Part shown: positions 1 to 8,528 of the stretch, piece by piece
Layout of the letters: each line of letters opens with the position of its first letter
Position numbering within the stretch: the stretch's first letter is position 1
Assembly (NCBI GenBank): GCA_038889075.1
Contig: JAWAHS010000010.1
Coordinates: 1 to 22,968 of the forward strand
Length of the DNA stretch: 22,968 nt
Source: Ignisphaera sp.
Lineage (GTDB): Archaea; Thermoproteota; Thermoprotei_A; Sulfolobales; Ignisphaeraceae
Reading direction: 5' to 3'
Position numbers and translations under genes: made by a program
The notes under the pieces: generated by a model
Told to the model about the DNA's origin: nothing
Seen by the model: the letters and a program-made list of their open reading frames with translations, nothing else
Databases searched by the model: none

Positions 1-52
1 GCTATTCTGCATAGCTATGTTAATCATGATGTTGGGGTATCTATATACAGCT

Positions 53-65
53 GAAATCTTTATAA
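53..65 (+). promoter_or_regulatory. BRE/TATA promoter of the ATPase gene
   Basis: GAAA at 53-56, then TTTATAA at 59-65, about 38 nt upstream of ATG 103. Confidence 0.6.
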
Positions 66-102
66 CTTGTTCTACCCCAAGTAAACTTGGGGTAGAACAA
101 GT
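65..102. repeat. Perfect 18-bp inverted repeat with 2-nt spacer (candidate operator or hairpin)
   Basis: ACTTGTTCTACCCCAAGT-AA-ACTTGGGGTAGAACAAGT; the arms are exact reverse complements and the element ends immediately before ATG 103. Confidence 0.95.
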
Positions 103-1206
103 ATGTTGTTCAGTATAACTCCTAAGTCGCGAAGGGATGAGCTGTTCGATTTCGAGAACGAGCTGAATAGTTTGGTTAAGAGTATTGGGCTAAACCCTAT
201 GACTATTGTTATCGGTATGAGGAGGACGGGTAAAACCTCCTTACTTAAGGTTGCTTTAAATGAGTGTGGCTACCCCTATATATACATAGATCCCAGGTTC
301 TCTGCTGCACCGGATTACCACGATTTTGCTTACTTGATAAAGAGGTCTCTAGAGGATTTTCTAGATAGGTGTAGGGATTTTCGTAGTAAAATCGTTGACT
401 TGATGAAGAGGGTTAAGGGAGTGTATATCCGTGTGCCTGGATTCGATGTAGAGATCTCCTGGGGTAGGCAGAGTAGGCTTGATTTGCCAAGCCTATTTGA
501 GGCCCTGGATAGGTTTGGAGAATCCTTGGGTAGACCTGTGGTTATAGCTGTTGACGAAGCTCAAGAGCTTAGAAAGATAACGTGGATTTCATTTGATAGG
601 CTCTTTGCCTACGTATACGATAACTTGAGGAATACAAGGGTGGTTTTAACAGGGTCTGAGGTGGGGTTGCTGTATAGGTTTCTACGTGTAGAAGATCCTG
701 CTGCACCTCTATACGGTAGGTATATCCATGTTGTGAAAACTAGGAGGCTAACCCAAAGCGAATCTCTTGAGTTTCTCAGGAAGGGGTTTGAGGAGGTTGG
801 TGTAGAGATTCCAGAGAATGCATTATTAAGGGCTGTAGAGGTTATCGATGGCGTCATAGGTTGGCTAACATACTTCGGCTACACATGCTATACAGATATA
901 GATCTGTGTAGGGGTAGAGTAGATGAGGTAATAAGCTTGACCATCTCTATGGCTAAGCAAGAGCTAGAGAATTTTCTAAGTAGTAGAAGAAGCCCTAGGT
1001 ACAGAAACTTACTAAAGATACTGGCAACAGAAAAACGATGGAGCGAGATAAAGAAGTTGCTAGAGTACTACGAGGGTAAAACAATCAACGATAGAACCTT
1101 GAACGACCTTCTCCGAGAACTCTTAGACCTAGGTATAGCCGAGAAGATAGACGATAGATACATTTTAGCAGATCCCATAATTAGAAAAGCTGTAGAGAGA
1201 CTATAA
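103..1206 (+). CDS. Archaeal ATPase (COG1672-like P-loop NTPase) with C-terminal winged-helix domain
   Basis: N-terminal MLFSITPK..ELFDFENEL typical of the family; Walker A GMRRTGKTS; Walker B IAVDEAQ; LTGSEVG; PLYGR; C-terminal WSEIK..L..L.DLGI..K...Y..ADP wHTH. Confidence 0.9.
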   Translation: MLFSITPKSRRDELFDFENELNSLVKSIGLNPMTIVIGMRRTGKTSLLKVALNECGYPYIYIDPRFSAAPDYHDFAYLIKRSLEDFLDRCRDFRSKIVDLMKRVKGVYIRVPGFDVEISWGRQSRLDLPSLFEALDRFGESLGRPVVIAVDEAQELRKITWISFDRLFAYVYDNLRNTRVVLTGSEVGLLYRFLRVEDPAAPLYGRYIHVVKTRRLTQSESLEFLRKGFEEVGVEIPENALLRAVEVIDGVIGWLTYFGYTCYTDIDLCRGRVDEVISLTISMAKQELENFLSSRRSPRYRNLLKILATEKRWSEIKKLLEYYEGKTINDRTLNDLLRELLDLGIAEKIDDRYILADPIIRKAVERL

Positions 1207-1281
1207 ACATGAGCCTTTGTAGCCATAAGGGGTGGAAAACACACAAACCCTACTATCAATGTCAAATACGCTAGTAGCTCC

Positions 1282-1854
1282 CTACACATAACGAGATACT
1301 CGAAGAATCATAGAATCTCGGTAATACATAATCCTATACATAACACTATCCACAGTATTACTCTCTTCAATAACTATACCAGCAGTCCTTCTAACCTTGG
1401 TATACAGAGGATGTCTATTTAGTGCTAGAATGGAATTCAGAACCTCTATAGCCCTTAAGGTCACAGGGCTTAACACCAAATAGAATAGTTTTAGATACTT
1501 CACTAACGGAATCACTAATTTCATAGCTATGTGAAACCATAAAGATAGTTGGTTCAGATAGATGGAGAAGATTATTTGGAGATACTGGAGATACAAAGTT
1601 GTGTCTAAACCTGGTACCCTGGGAAATTCTGAAGAAGCCAGGCCTCTGAACATCGCTAATATTCAAAGGAAGGTCGCCTATTACCAGAAATAGTGACCTC
1701 ATGCAATAGATCCGCTAGCTATTTTATATCCAACAATACTGGCAACCCCTGTCAGCTCCTTGAATACTACAATTACATGCTCCAGATCCATATGTAGCTA
1801 TCTACAAAGATATCGAGATCTCTCAAAACCTATCACATCAATGCAACTCTCCAT
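1282..1854 (-). pseudogene. Decayed Fe-S subunit of the sulfhydrogenase-beta (group 3b [NiFe]-hydrogenase HydB)/AsrA family
   Basis: Motifs GDLPLNISDVQRPGFFRI and ILFGVKPCDLK in one frame continue as AIEVLNSIL..HPLYTKVRR in the next (extra G at 1452-1454); in-frame stops at 1798-1800 and 1699-1701; no C-terminal 4Fe-4S dicluster cysteines. Confidence 0.7.
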
Positions 1855-1960
1855 AAACTCAATATATATACACTAGTATAAATTTTAAATATATGGATTA
1901 TATGGATGCATCGGGCTGCAAATAGTGTCCAATCTAGATTACTGTCAATTATAATGTAGT

Positions 1961-2350
1961 TTAGGCTTTCTCAATACGAATGGTGCTGCCGCTTCTAAAC
2001 TTTGAAAATATCTCTGGATTATCCAGAACCCTCCCAACTATGTTTACTGGGCTTGCTGGTCTTATTTCAGATGGTGTTCTGCTTGCAGGTGTAGGTCCCC
2101 AGAATATACAGATTGCATTTCCAGGTGGCCAGAAGGCTATCGTACCCTTCTCAACAGTATCTCTAGCATTCTCCTCCTCTACCGATATATCTGTAGCAAA
2201 GTATACCTCATTTCCCCATCTATATCCGATTCCCTCTATTGGAAGGCTATTCACAATCTTTCTAAATGTTTCGGGGCTAAGATCGTCGAAGAGCTCGCCA
2301 TTTACGTAACCCGTTGCCTCTGTAAATATCTTTATTCTAATCCTAGCCAC
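1961..2350 (-). CDS. Cyclophilin-like fold protein (TM1367/DUF369 type)
   Basis: SPET..I..SLP, RWGNEVYF, G.IAFWPPGNAICIFWGPTP.S...EIRPASPVNIVGRV; start reassigned to GTG at 2350 (GTGGTG RBS, TTTAAATA box near 2385-2392). Confidence 0.85.
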   Translation of the reverse strand: MARIRIKIFTEATGYVNGELFDDLSPETFRKIVNSLPIEGIGYRWGNEVYFATDISVEEENARDTVEKGTIAFWPPGNAICIFWGPTPASRTPSEIRPASPVNIVGRVLDNPEIFSKFRSGSTIRIEKA

Positions 2351-2466
2351 AGATCTACACCACTCTATCGAGTGTAGGTAGAGATATTTAAATCTAGATT
2401 TTGGAATAGGTTTTAGCACTCTAGGGATATAGATAAAATTGTGTGTAGCTCTATCTATGGTAGTAG

Positions 2467-2478
2467 GAAGGTTTATAA
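2467..2478 (+). promoter_or_regulatory. BRE/TATA promoter for the small membrane protein and symporter operon
   Basis: GAAGG-TTTATAA about 45 nt upstream of GTG 2523. Confidence 0.55.
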
Positions 2479-2522
2479 GGGGGTGCCACTACAGTGGGTT
2501 TAAGCAAAGGGTGTCCTATATT

Positions 2523-2630
2523 GTGGAGCTGGATCCTGCAATAAGCTTAGGCTATGTACTATCGATACTAGTGCTATTTCTAGGGATAGCAGTAAGCGTC
2601 TACATGAATTCTAGGAGAAGAGGTGGATGA
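2523..2630 (+). CDS. 35-aa single-TM membrane protein, probable accessory subunit of the symporter
   Basis: GGGTG RBS, GTG start; MELDPAISLGYVLSILVLFLGIAVSVYMNSRRRGG is one hydrophobic helix with a basic tail; its stop overlaps the symporter start (ATGA). Confidence 0.65.
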   Translation: MELDPAISLGYVLSILVLFLGIAVSVYMNSRRRGG

Positions 2631-4141
2631 TTATTGTGGTGCAACAACCCGTACCGGGCGGCGCCACTAGTATCGACACCATCATAATATTCGCTGTACT
2701 GGGTGCAACTGTTGCAATAGGGTTTGTAGGCCATAGAGCAAGCAGTACCATAGCTGGATACATGTTTGCAAATAGAAGCCTAGGTCCATGGCTTCTATCG
2801 TTCTCCATAATGGCAACCTACTTTAGTGCAGCATCGTTCCTAGGTGGAGGTGGTGCTACCTATCTCTACAACCTGGGTTTCGGTGCATGGTTAACGGCTT
2901 GGCATGTCATAGGGGTTGTGGCTCTCTGGCTCATTGTTGCTGGTAGGCTATTCGACTACATATCGAAGGCTAGGGTTATGAGTATACCGGAGCTCATAGA
3001 GTATAGATATGGAAGCTTTGCAGCAAGGCTGATCGCTTCCTCAATAATAGTAGCTCTATTTACACTCTACCTCTCGAGCGTCTACAAAGGAGGTGCCGTA
3101 GTAATAGCATCTCAGCTTAGAGTAGATCTACAGATAGCATTGTTACTACTTGCTGTACCGGTGGTGCTGTATCTAGTTGTTGGAGGGATGAGGGCTGCTA
3201 CGGTAAACAACCTCTTCCTAGGGTCTATGATGCTTACAGCAGCTGTACTAGCCTTCTACTACATTATGAGCTACGTCGGAGGGCCTTTAAATGGGTTGAA
3301 GATGCTTGCAAACACAACAGTTCTAGGTAGATACCCTGGTACACTCTGGCTAAGGATGGATGGTATGGGTCCTCCTCCAGCAATGGAGAAGAACGCTGTA
3401 CCGCTGCTTATAATGAGCATAGCATTCTCTATAGGTATGGCCCAGGTAGCGTTGCCAAACCTATTGATACAGTTCTATGCAGCTAGAGACTATAGAGCTA
3501 TTGAGAGAGGGAGGTTAATCGGACCTATACTCGTTGCTCTCTATGCTATTCTGATGTTCTCCCTCGGAGCATTCTGCCACCTAATAATAGACGATAAGCT
3601 CCAGCTCCAGGAATTGGCACAGCTTATGAAGGATACCGACTGGGTTATACCGAAGACCATTTCCCTCATTGTGCAGCCAGCTGTAAAAGGATTTATATTG
3701 GCAACACCTGTGGCAGCATCAATATCCACCATAGCACTAACAGTTCTAACACTTACAAATACTGTCACTAGAGACTTTATACAGCCGTTCATAGAGATTA
3801 GGAGAGAGAGTACTCTGGTGGTAATAGTTAAGCTGGTGTCGGCTATATTTGCATTGATACCGGTAATGCTAACGCTAATAGAGAATAGGCTTATAGTAGA
3901 AATCGTTGGAGCAGCCTTTGGAACAGTATTTGCCTGCTTCGTAGGTCCGATAACCATCGGTCTATACTGGAGGAGAGCATCTAGGGAAGGCGCTATAGCC
4001 TCTATGATTGTAGGTGTAGTAGTAGGTATAGCATGGTACCTATATCTATACAGAACAACGTGGATATATCCAACGATACCAGCAACAATACTATCTCTAC
4101 TAGCATTCACAGTACTTAGCATTGCTAAGAAGCGCAGATAG
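2627..4141 (+). CDS. Sodium:solute symporter (SSS; PanF/PutP-like), substrate unknown
   Basis: About 13 TM segments; YMFANRSLGPW, ATYFSAASFLGGGG, SIPELIEYRYGS, GGMRA, AASIST, GLYWRRASREGA. Confidence 0.92.
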   Translation: MIIVVQQPVPGGATSIDTIIIFAVLGATVAIGFVGHRASSTIAGYMFANRSLGPWLLSFSIMATYFSAASFLGGGGATYLYNLGFGAWLTAWHVIGVVALWLIVAGRLFDYISKARVMSIPELIEYRYGSFAARLIASSIIVALFTLYLSSVYKGGAVVIASQLRVDLQIALLLLAVPVVLYLVVGGMRAATVNNLFLGSMMLTAAVLAFYYIMSYVGGPLNGLKMLANTTVLGRYPGTLWLRMDGMGPPPAMEKNAVPLLIMSIAFSIGMAQVALPNLLIQFYAARDYRAIERGRLIGPILVALYAILMFSLGAFCHLIIDDKLQLQELAQLMKDTDWVIPKTISLIVQPAVKGFILATPVAASISTIALTVLTLTNTVTRDFIQPFIEIRRESTLVVIVKLVSAIFALIPVMLTLIENRLIVEIVGAAFGTVFACFVGPITIGLYWRRASREGAIASMIVGVVVGIAWYLYLYRTTWIYPTIPATILSLLAFTVLSIAKKRR

Positions 4142-4165
4142 AACGGTAGATGGATATATAATACA

Positions 4166-4182
4166 GATAAACTTTTTTTATC
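4166..4182 (+). terminator. Probable oligo-T terminator downstream of the symporter
   Basis: T7 run at 4173-4179 inside GATAAA..TTTATC inverted repeat, about 30 nt after the stop codon. Confidence 0.5.
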
Positions 4183-4369
4183 AGTACACCATCTTCTTCT
4201 TAGAAGAATTCGATGCTGTTTATTGTAGCGGTATTTTGATGGGATGAACCGAGTAGGCTATACGATCGTTCTACCAACTCTGCATGTACTATATTTAAGC
4301 TTGGTAGTATTAGGGTATCTGAGTACTGTAGGCTTAATATGGATTGGCAGGTTTCGGGGTTTGGGAGGA

Positions 4370-5488
4370 TTGGTTGGAGAGGGATTTCTACTTAAGTGTC
4401 TACACTGTGGCTACGAGGTTCAGAGCAACACCCTTCTCCAATCCCATTGTCCCCGCTGTAGCGGTGTACTAGAAGTAGAGTATAGCAGACCTGTCTTCAG
4501 AGTTGCTACTGGTGAGAAAGGTTTATGGCGCTACCTACCCCTGCTTCCACCCATACGTAGCAGAATATCCCTCGGTGAAGGCCTTACCCCTCTAAGTAGA
4601 GTAGGTAGAGTATTCATTAAGAATGAACGGTATAATCCAACTGGTTCCTATGCCGATAGAGCTTCAGCTATTATAGCATCCTATGCTAGGGATCTAGGGG
4701 TAGAAAGAGTTGTAGCACCTTACGTAAGAGATTTTACACGCTCCCTCACATACTATCTACTCAGCATAGGGATTGATGTAGGTGTTGCAGTAGATAGCAT
4801 CTTCAGTATTGAACTCGACGATATTGTATTCTTTTCATCGAAAGATGTAGACGTAGTTGGAAAGGCCAATGTTAGAGGGCTATTCATAGACTACGTTAAT
4901 CCCCTTACTATAGAGGGTCTTAAGACTATAGTTTTCGAAGTATACGAGAAGAAAATAGATGTAGAGCATATAGTTGTCCCTGCTGAAACTGGTCTACTCT
5001 CCATATCTATACAGAAGGGCTTAAGAGATCTCCAGCTTGGTGGAAGCGAATTTAATTGCGAGGTAGTTGCAGCTAAGGTTAAGGGCTTCGACTCCCCTCT
5101 ACTCCGCGGTATCCACGGTATACGCATCGTTGAAGTTCTAGAGGATGAGGTCTACGAAGCGTATAAGAAGTTTGTTAGCAGAGGCTTTAAGACCAAGCCT
5201 CTAGCTGCCCTTAGCTACTATGTAGCCGAATCTCTAGGTAGTGCCGTAGCTGTTGTAACTATGGGCTTTGCCTCTCCATCTGGGGGTAGAAGTATGGTTA
5301 AGAGATTTGTAATGGATGTTCTATCGAGGAAAAGTCGTTTAACAGCCTATGAGATCTGGAGGGAAAAACCTATCTACACCTTGAGGGCTGTATACAAAGC
5401 TGTTAAAGATATGGAGGCTAGGGGAGAGTTGTGCTTTGATATAGCGGCTAGGGGGAAGCGCAAGATTAAGCTATACAGACTCTGTTGA
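4370..5488 (+). CDS. Threonine-synthase-like (fold-type II PLP) protein lacking the catalytic Lys, with N-terminal Zn ribbon and C-terminal wHTH
   Basis: CLHCG..CPRCSG; GLWRYLPLLP, SLGEGLTPL, KNERYNPTGSYADRA (canonical FKDRG), NPLTIEGLKTIVFE; C-terminal VLSRKSRLTAYEIW..TLRAVYKAVKDMEARG..RKIKLYRL. Start approximate (TTG 4370 after GGAGG; the ORF is open from 4244). Confidence 0.8.
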   Translation: MVGEGFLLKCLHCGYEVQSNTLLQSHCPRCSGVLEVEYSRPVFRVATGEKGLWRYLPLLPPIRSRISLGEGLTPLSRVGRVFIKNERYNPTGSYADRASAIIASYARDLGVERVVAPYVRDFTRSLTYYLLSIGIDVGVAVDSIFSIELDDIVFFSSKDVDVVGKANVRGLFIDYVNPLTIEGLKTIVFEVYEKKIDVEHIVVPAETGLLSISIQKGLRDLQLGGSEFNCEVVAAKVKGFDSPLLRGIHGIRIVEVLEDEVYEAYKKFVSRGFKTKPLAALSYYVAESLGSAVAVVTMGFASPSGGRSMVKRFVMDVLSRKSRLTAYEIWREKPIYTLRAVYKAVKDMEARGELCFDIAARGKRKIKLYRLC

Positions 5489-5559
5489 TAGAGCTACTGA
5501 ACGTTCAACAAAGCATAATTCTCTGTACCTTGAATCCCAAACTCCACAGGGTTTGGAAT

Positions 5560-6309
5560 ATGAAGGTATATGGGATATTGAGAGCAATCGTATTTACCGT
5601 AGTAACATTCATAGCAACAGTACTCCTAGTTATAGAAACGCCTGCAACTGGCGGCTACTTTAACCTAGGTGAAGCATCGATATACGTTATAGCATCCATG
5701 GCCCCTCCACTAACTACAGCTATAGCAGCGGGTCTTGGCCCAGCGTTAGCCGATCTAGTTCTCGGATACTGGTACTTTGCCCCAGCAACATTTGTTATAA
5801 AGTTCTGTGAAGGTTATATAGTCTCATCGCTGATGAAGAGGCTTGGGAAGCGTAGGGTGGAGAGTGTTATGAGGATACTAACTGTTATAGTAGGTGTACT
5901 GCTGTCTACTGTTATCCTAGCCACCATGGTTGGCGGTGGAGGAGGTGAAGTAACAGGGGCTACCTTTAGCTGGACAGAGACCTCAATTCTAGGTTTAAGG
6001 ATTGCTGTACCGAGTTTTGCTATACTCCTTCCATCCTATGCATGGCTAGCTATATCAGCACTAGTGGTAGTTCTATCGGTAGCTATAGCTTTTGTAAGAA
6101 AACCGTATGTACTAGCCATGGCTGTAGGGGGCATGGTTATGGTGCTGGGGTACTTCCTCTACGAATTCTTCATATCTAATCCGCTGATACTAGGTAGAGA
6201 TCCTGTGGGAGCAGTATTCGAGGTACCTGTTAACATAGGGCAGTTCACAGCTGGGATACTGCTATCCATACCTGTGGTGCAATTCATTGAAAGAGCTGCT
6301 AAAGGTTGA
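5560..6309 (+). CDS. ECF transporter substrate-binding S component (COG4720-like)
   Basis: PATGGYFNLGE, G.ALADLVLGYWYFAPATFVIKFCEG, GGMVMVLGYFLYE, EVPVNIGQ; ATG 5560 preferred over TTG 5485. Confidence 0.85.
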   Translation: MKVYGILRAIVFTVVTFIATVLLVIETPATGGYFNLGEASIYVIASMAPPLTTAIAAGLGPALADLVLGYWYFAPATFVIKFCEGYIVSSLMKRLGKRRVESVMRILTVIVGVLLSTVILATMVGGGGGEVTGATFSWTETSILGLRIAVPSFAILLPSYAWLAISALVVVLSVAIAFVRKPYVLAMAVGGMVMVLGYFLYEFFISNPLILGRDPVGAVFEVPVNIGQFTAGILLSIPVVQFIERAAKG

Positions 6310-7555
6310 GGGCTTAAGGATATACGCTGGGGGTAGACCAGTAACACTGGTGGAGTCCCTGGATGTAGGAGAAGGAGAGGTCGTACTCGTTACAGGTCCT
6401 TCTGGAAGCGGTAAAACAAGTTTTTTAAGATGTATTGCGGAGGTCAACGATATATTCGGCATTACCTGCTCCGGATACATGGCCCTAGGCATCGATAGGG
6501 ATGAGCTCAGCTACATACCCCAGGAGCCTTGGTTCGGCATGGCATCTCCATATCCAATCCTAGAGGTGAGGAGTTTCAGTAACGCTGATGACTACTCTGT
6601 GCGTAGATATGCTAAGCTTTTCAATGTGGAGCACATTCTCGAGTCCAACTCTATGGATTTAAGTGCTGGTGAAATCCAGAGGATACTCTTTATAGAATCG
6701 GTGCTAAGCAGATCAAAGCTGGTGCTGGTAGATGAGGTTACAGCATACCTAGATGAAGAATCTAGGAAACAGCTGGTTAACGTAATTGAAGAAATGCGAA
6801 GCGAATTCGGGGTTGCATTCATTGTTGTAGACCACGATGTAGAGCTTTGGAGTAGGCACATCGATAAGGTTCTGTACCTGGAACCTACAAGTAGCTCGAG
6901 AATCTACTACAATGTAGATGAAACTCCGCTTATGGCGAGTATGGATAGGCTTAGAGCAGAGGTTGAGGAGCTATCTAGAGAACTCGCGGAGAAGGTTGGT
7001 GAGGAGCCGATTCTAAAGCTATACAATGTCTGGTTTAGATACCCGGATTCAACAGATTTTGTAATCAAGGGTGTCAACATCGATGTGAAACGTAGTGAGA
7101 TGATGGTAATCCGAGGCCCCTCTGGAAAAGGTAAGTCAACACTTCTAAAGATCATGGCCGATATCTACAGGCCTAAGAAAGGGGTTGTGCTAAGGTATGC
7201 TAAGGATATACAGTACATTCCAGAGAATCCACTACTATACCTTTCAGAGCCTACACCTAGAGATGAGCTTATGAAGAACACAGATCTAGCTGTAAAGTCC
7301 AATCTCATCCGCGTTCTCGATACACCGATAATGAGGTTGAGCTCTGGGGAGAAAAGACGTTTAGCAGTAGCATCTGCTTTAGCCCGCGGCTCCGATCTGA
7401 TCCTGCTGGATGAACCGTCTGTTGGATTGGATGCGGAGAACTTTATCAGCATTCTCAAGCTGTTAATCGAAGCAGTTTCAAGGGGGGTGAGCATAGTTAC
7501 TGCAACCCACAGTAGATTGCTATCCTCAGTTACCCGATCTGTGGTTCAACTCTAG
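6287..7555 (+). CDS. ECF/ABC ATPase with two tandem nucleotide-binding domains
   Basis: Walker A GPSGSGKT and GPSGKGKST; signatures LSAGE and LSSGE; Walker B VLVDE and ILLDEP; H-loops VDHD and ATHS. Confidence 0.9.
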   Translation: MKELLKVEGLRIYAGGRPVTLVESLDVGEGEVVLVTGPSGSGKTSFLRCIAEVNDIFGITCSGYMALGIDRDELSYIPQEPWFGMASPYPILEVRSFSNADDYSVRRYAKLFNVEHILESNSMDLSAGEIQRILFIESVLSRSKLVLVDEVTAYLDEESRKQLVNVIEEMRSEFGVAFIVVDHDVELWSRHIDKVLYLEPTSSSRIYYNVDETPLMASMDRLRAEVEELSRELAEKVGEEPILKLYNVWFRYPDSTDFVIKGVNIDVKRSEMMVIRGPSGKGKSTLLKIMADIYRPKKGVVLRYAKDIQYIPENPLLYLSEPTPRDELMKNTDLAVKSNLIRVLDTPIMRLSSGEKRRLAVASALARGSDLILLDEPSVGLDAENFISILKLLIEAVSRGVSIVTATHSRLLSSVTRSVVQL

Positions 7556-7572
7556 AAGTTGGGTGCAGTACC

Positions 7573-8286
7573 TTGGGGAGGTATGCAAGAGCACTATCAG
7601 CAGTGGTGACCGTTATTCTACGTTCACTATTTCTATACGGTTTTTCAAAGCTTAGGAGAGGCTCGATATCTCTGAGTATTGTACATGTTGTTCTAGCGAT
7701 AATCAGTGGGTTGGGCAGTGTTGAGCTACTGGTTCTCTACACTATACCGATAGCTACTCTGTACACAGCTCTAAGAATGTATATCCTCCTAATCTACACA
7801 CTAGCTGTATCCTCTATACCTGGGCTATGGATGGCCCTAACGCAGCTACTCCTAGATGTAGCCAAAGGCGTTGTGGATCCGTATAGGTATCTAGCAATAT
7901 ACGCTAGAGCAACCCTCATATCCCTAAACATAATGTTTACACTACATACTCTAAATCCTACGGAGATTTCAAAGCTATTCGATAGGGCGAAGAGATTTAG
8001 TGGAGTATACGCACAGCTGTTCATGAGGATAGCATCCTTCTTAGTAAAGGAGGGTATAGAGATTGTGCACACACATTCACTTAAGAGAGAGAGCTTATGG
8101 AAAACACTAGCAATACTTATACTAAGAGGAGATGAAATTGCCAAAGGCTTTAGCGAAGGACTTATACCAAAGTACCGTAGGTATAGATCTACGGCCATCT
8201 ACGACATAAAGACCGTATTACTACAGCTAACGATTATAATATATGATGCTATTCTAATCCTAATCACAACTACATTTATACAGTAA
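7573..8286 (+). CDS. Probable ECF transmembrane T component (divergent EcfT/CbiQ-like)
   Basis: Hydrophobic N-terminal half, HTLNPTEI motif, amphipathic coupling helices (LRGDEIAKGF); directly follows the S and ATPase genes. Start may be GTG 7603 or 7606. Confidence 0.65.
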   Translation: MGRYARALSAVVTVILRSLFLYGFSKLRRGSISLSIVHVVLAIISGLGSVELLVLYTIPIATLYTALRMYILLIYTLAVSSIPGLWMALTQLLLDVAKGVVDPYRYLAIYARATLISLNIMFTLHTLNPTEISKLFDRAKRFSGVYAQLFMRIASFLVKEGIEIVHTHSLKRESLWKTLAILILRGDEIAKGFSEGLIPKYRRYRSTAIYDIKTVLLQLTIIIYDAILILITTTFIQ

Positions 8287-8528
8287 CAGCAATCCGCATA
8301 CACCGATGGGTAATGCTCTACAAAGTCCAATCGATATGCAGTTGCTGTACATAGTTCGGAACATCTCGAACTTTGTTTTTAACATCTCTAGATATACCCT
8401 CTGCATCCCGGAATTCTCCACAGAGATTGTATCGAGGCAATTCTGGAATAGTAAGAAAATAAAAACAGAGGCAGGCTTCAGGGGTGTCTCATGCATGGTT
8501 TAGGCGGATTCTATGAGCCATATCACCT

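Noticed and set aside
65-102. Palindrome as a MITE or IS end
   Set aside because: No internal sequence, target-site duplication or transposase is visible
4244-4369. Hydrophobic N-terminal extension (membrane anchor) on the ThrC-like protein
   Set aside because: It spans a likely TATA box (about 4291-4299); family similarity begins at the Zn ribbon, so the upstream ATG is probably not used
4370-5488. Calling this gene thrC
   Set aside because: The PLP-binding lysine and substrate loops are missing
8260-8528. Small ORFs between the T component and DHH genes, including possible TGA readthrough of MAHRIRLNHA*
   Set aside because: No recognisable family, poor RBS spacing and no evidence for recoding
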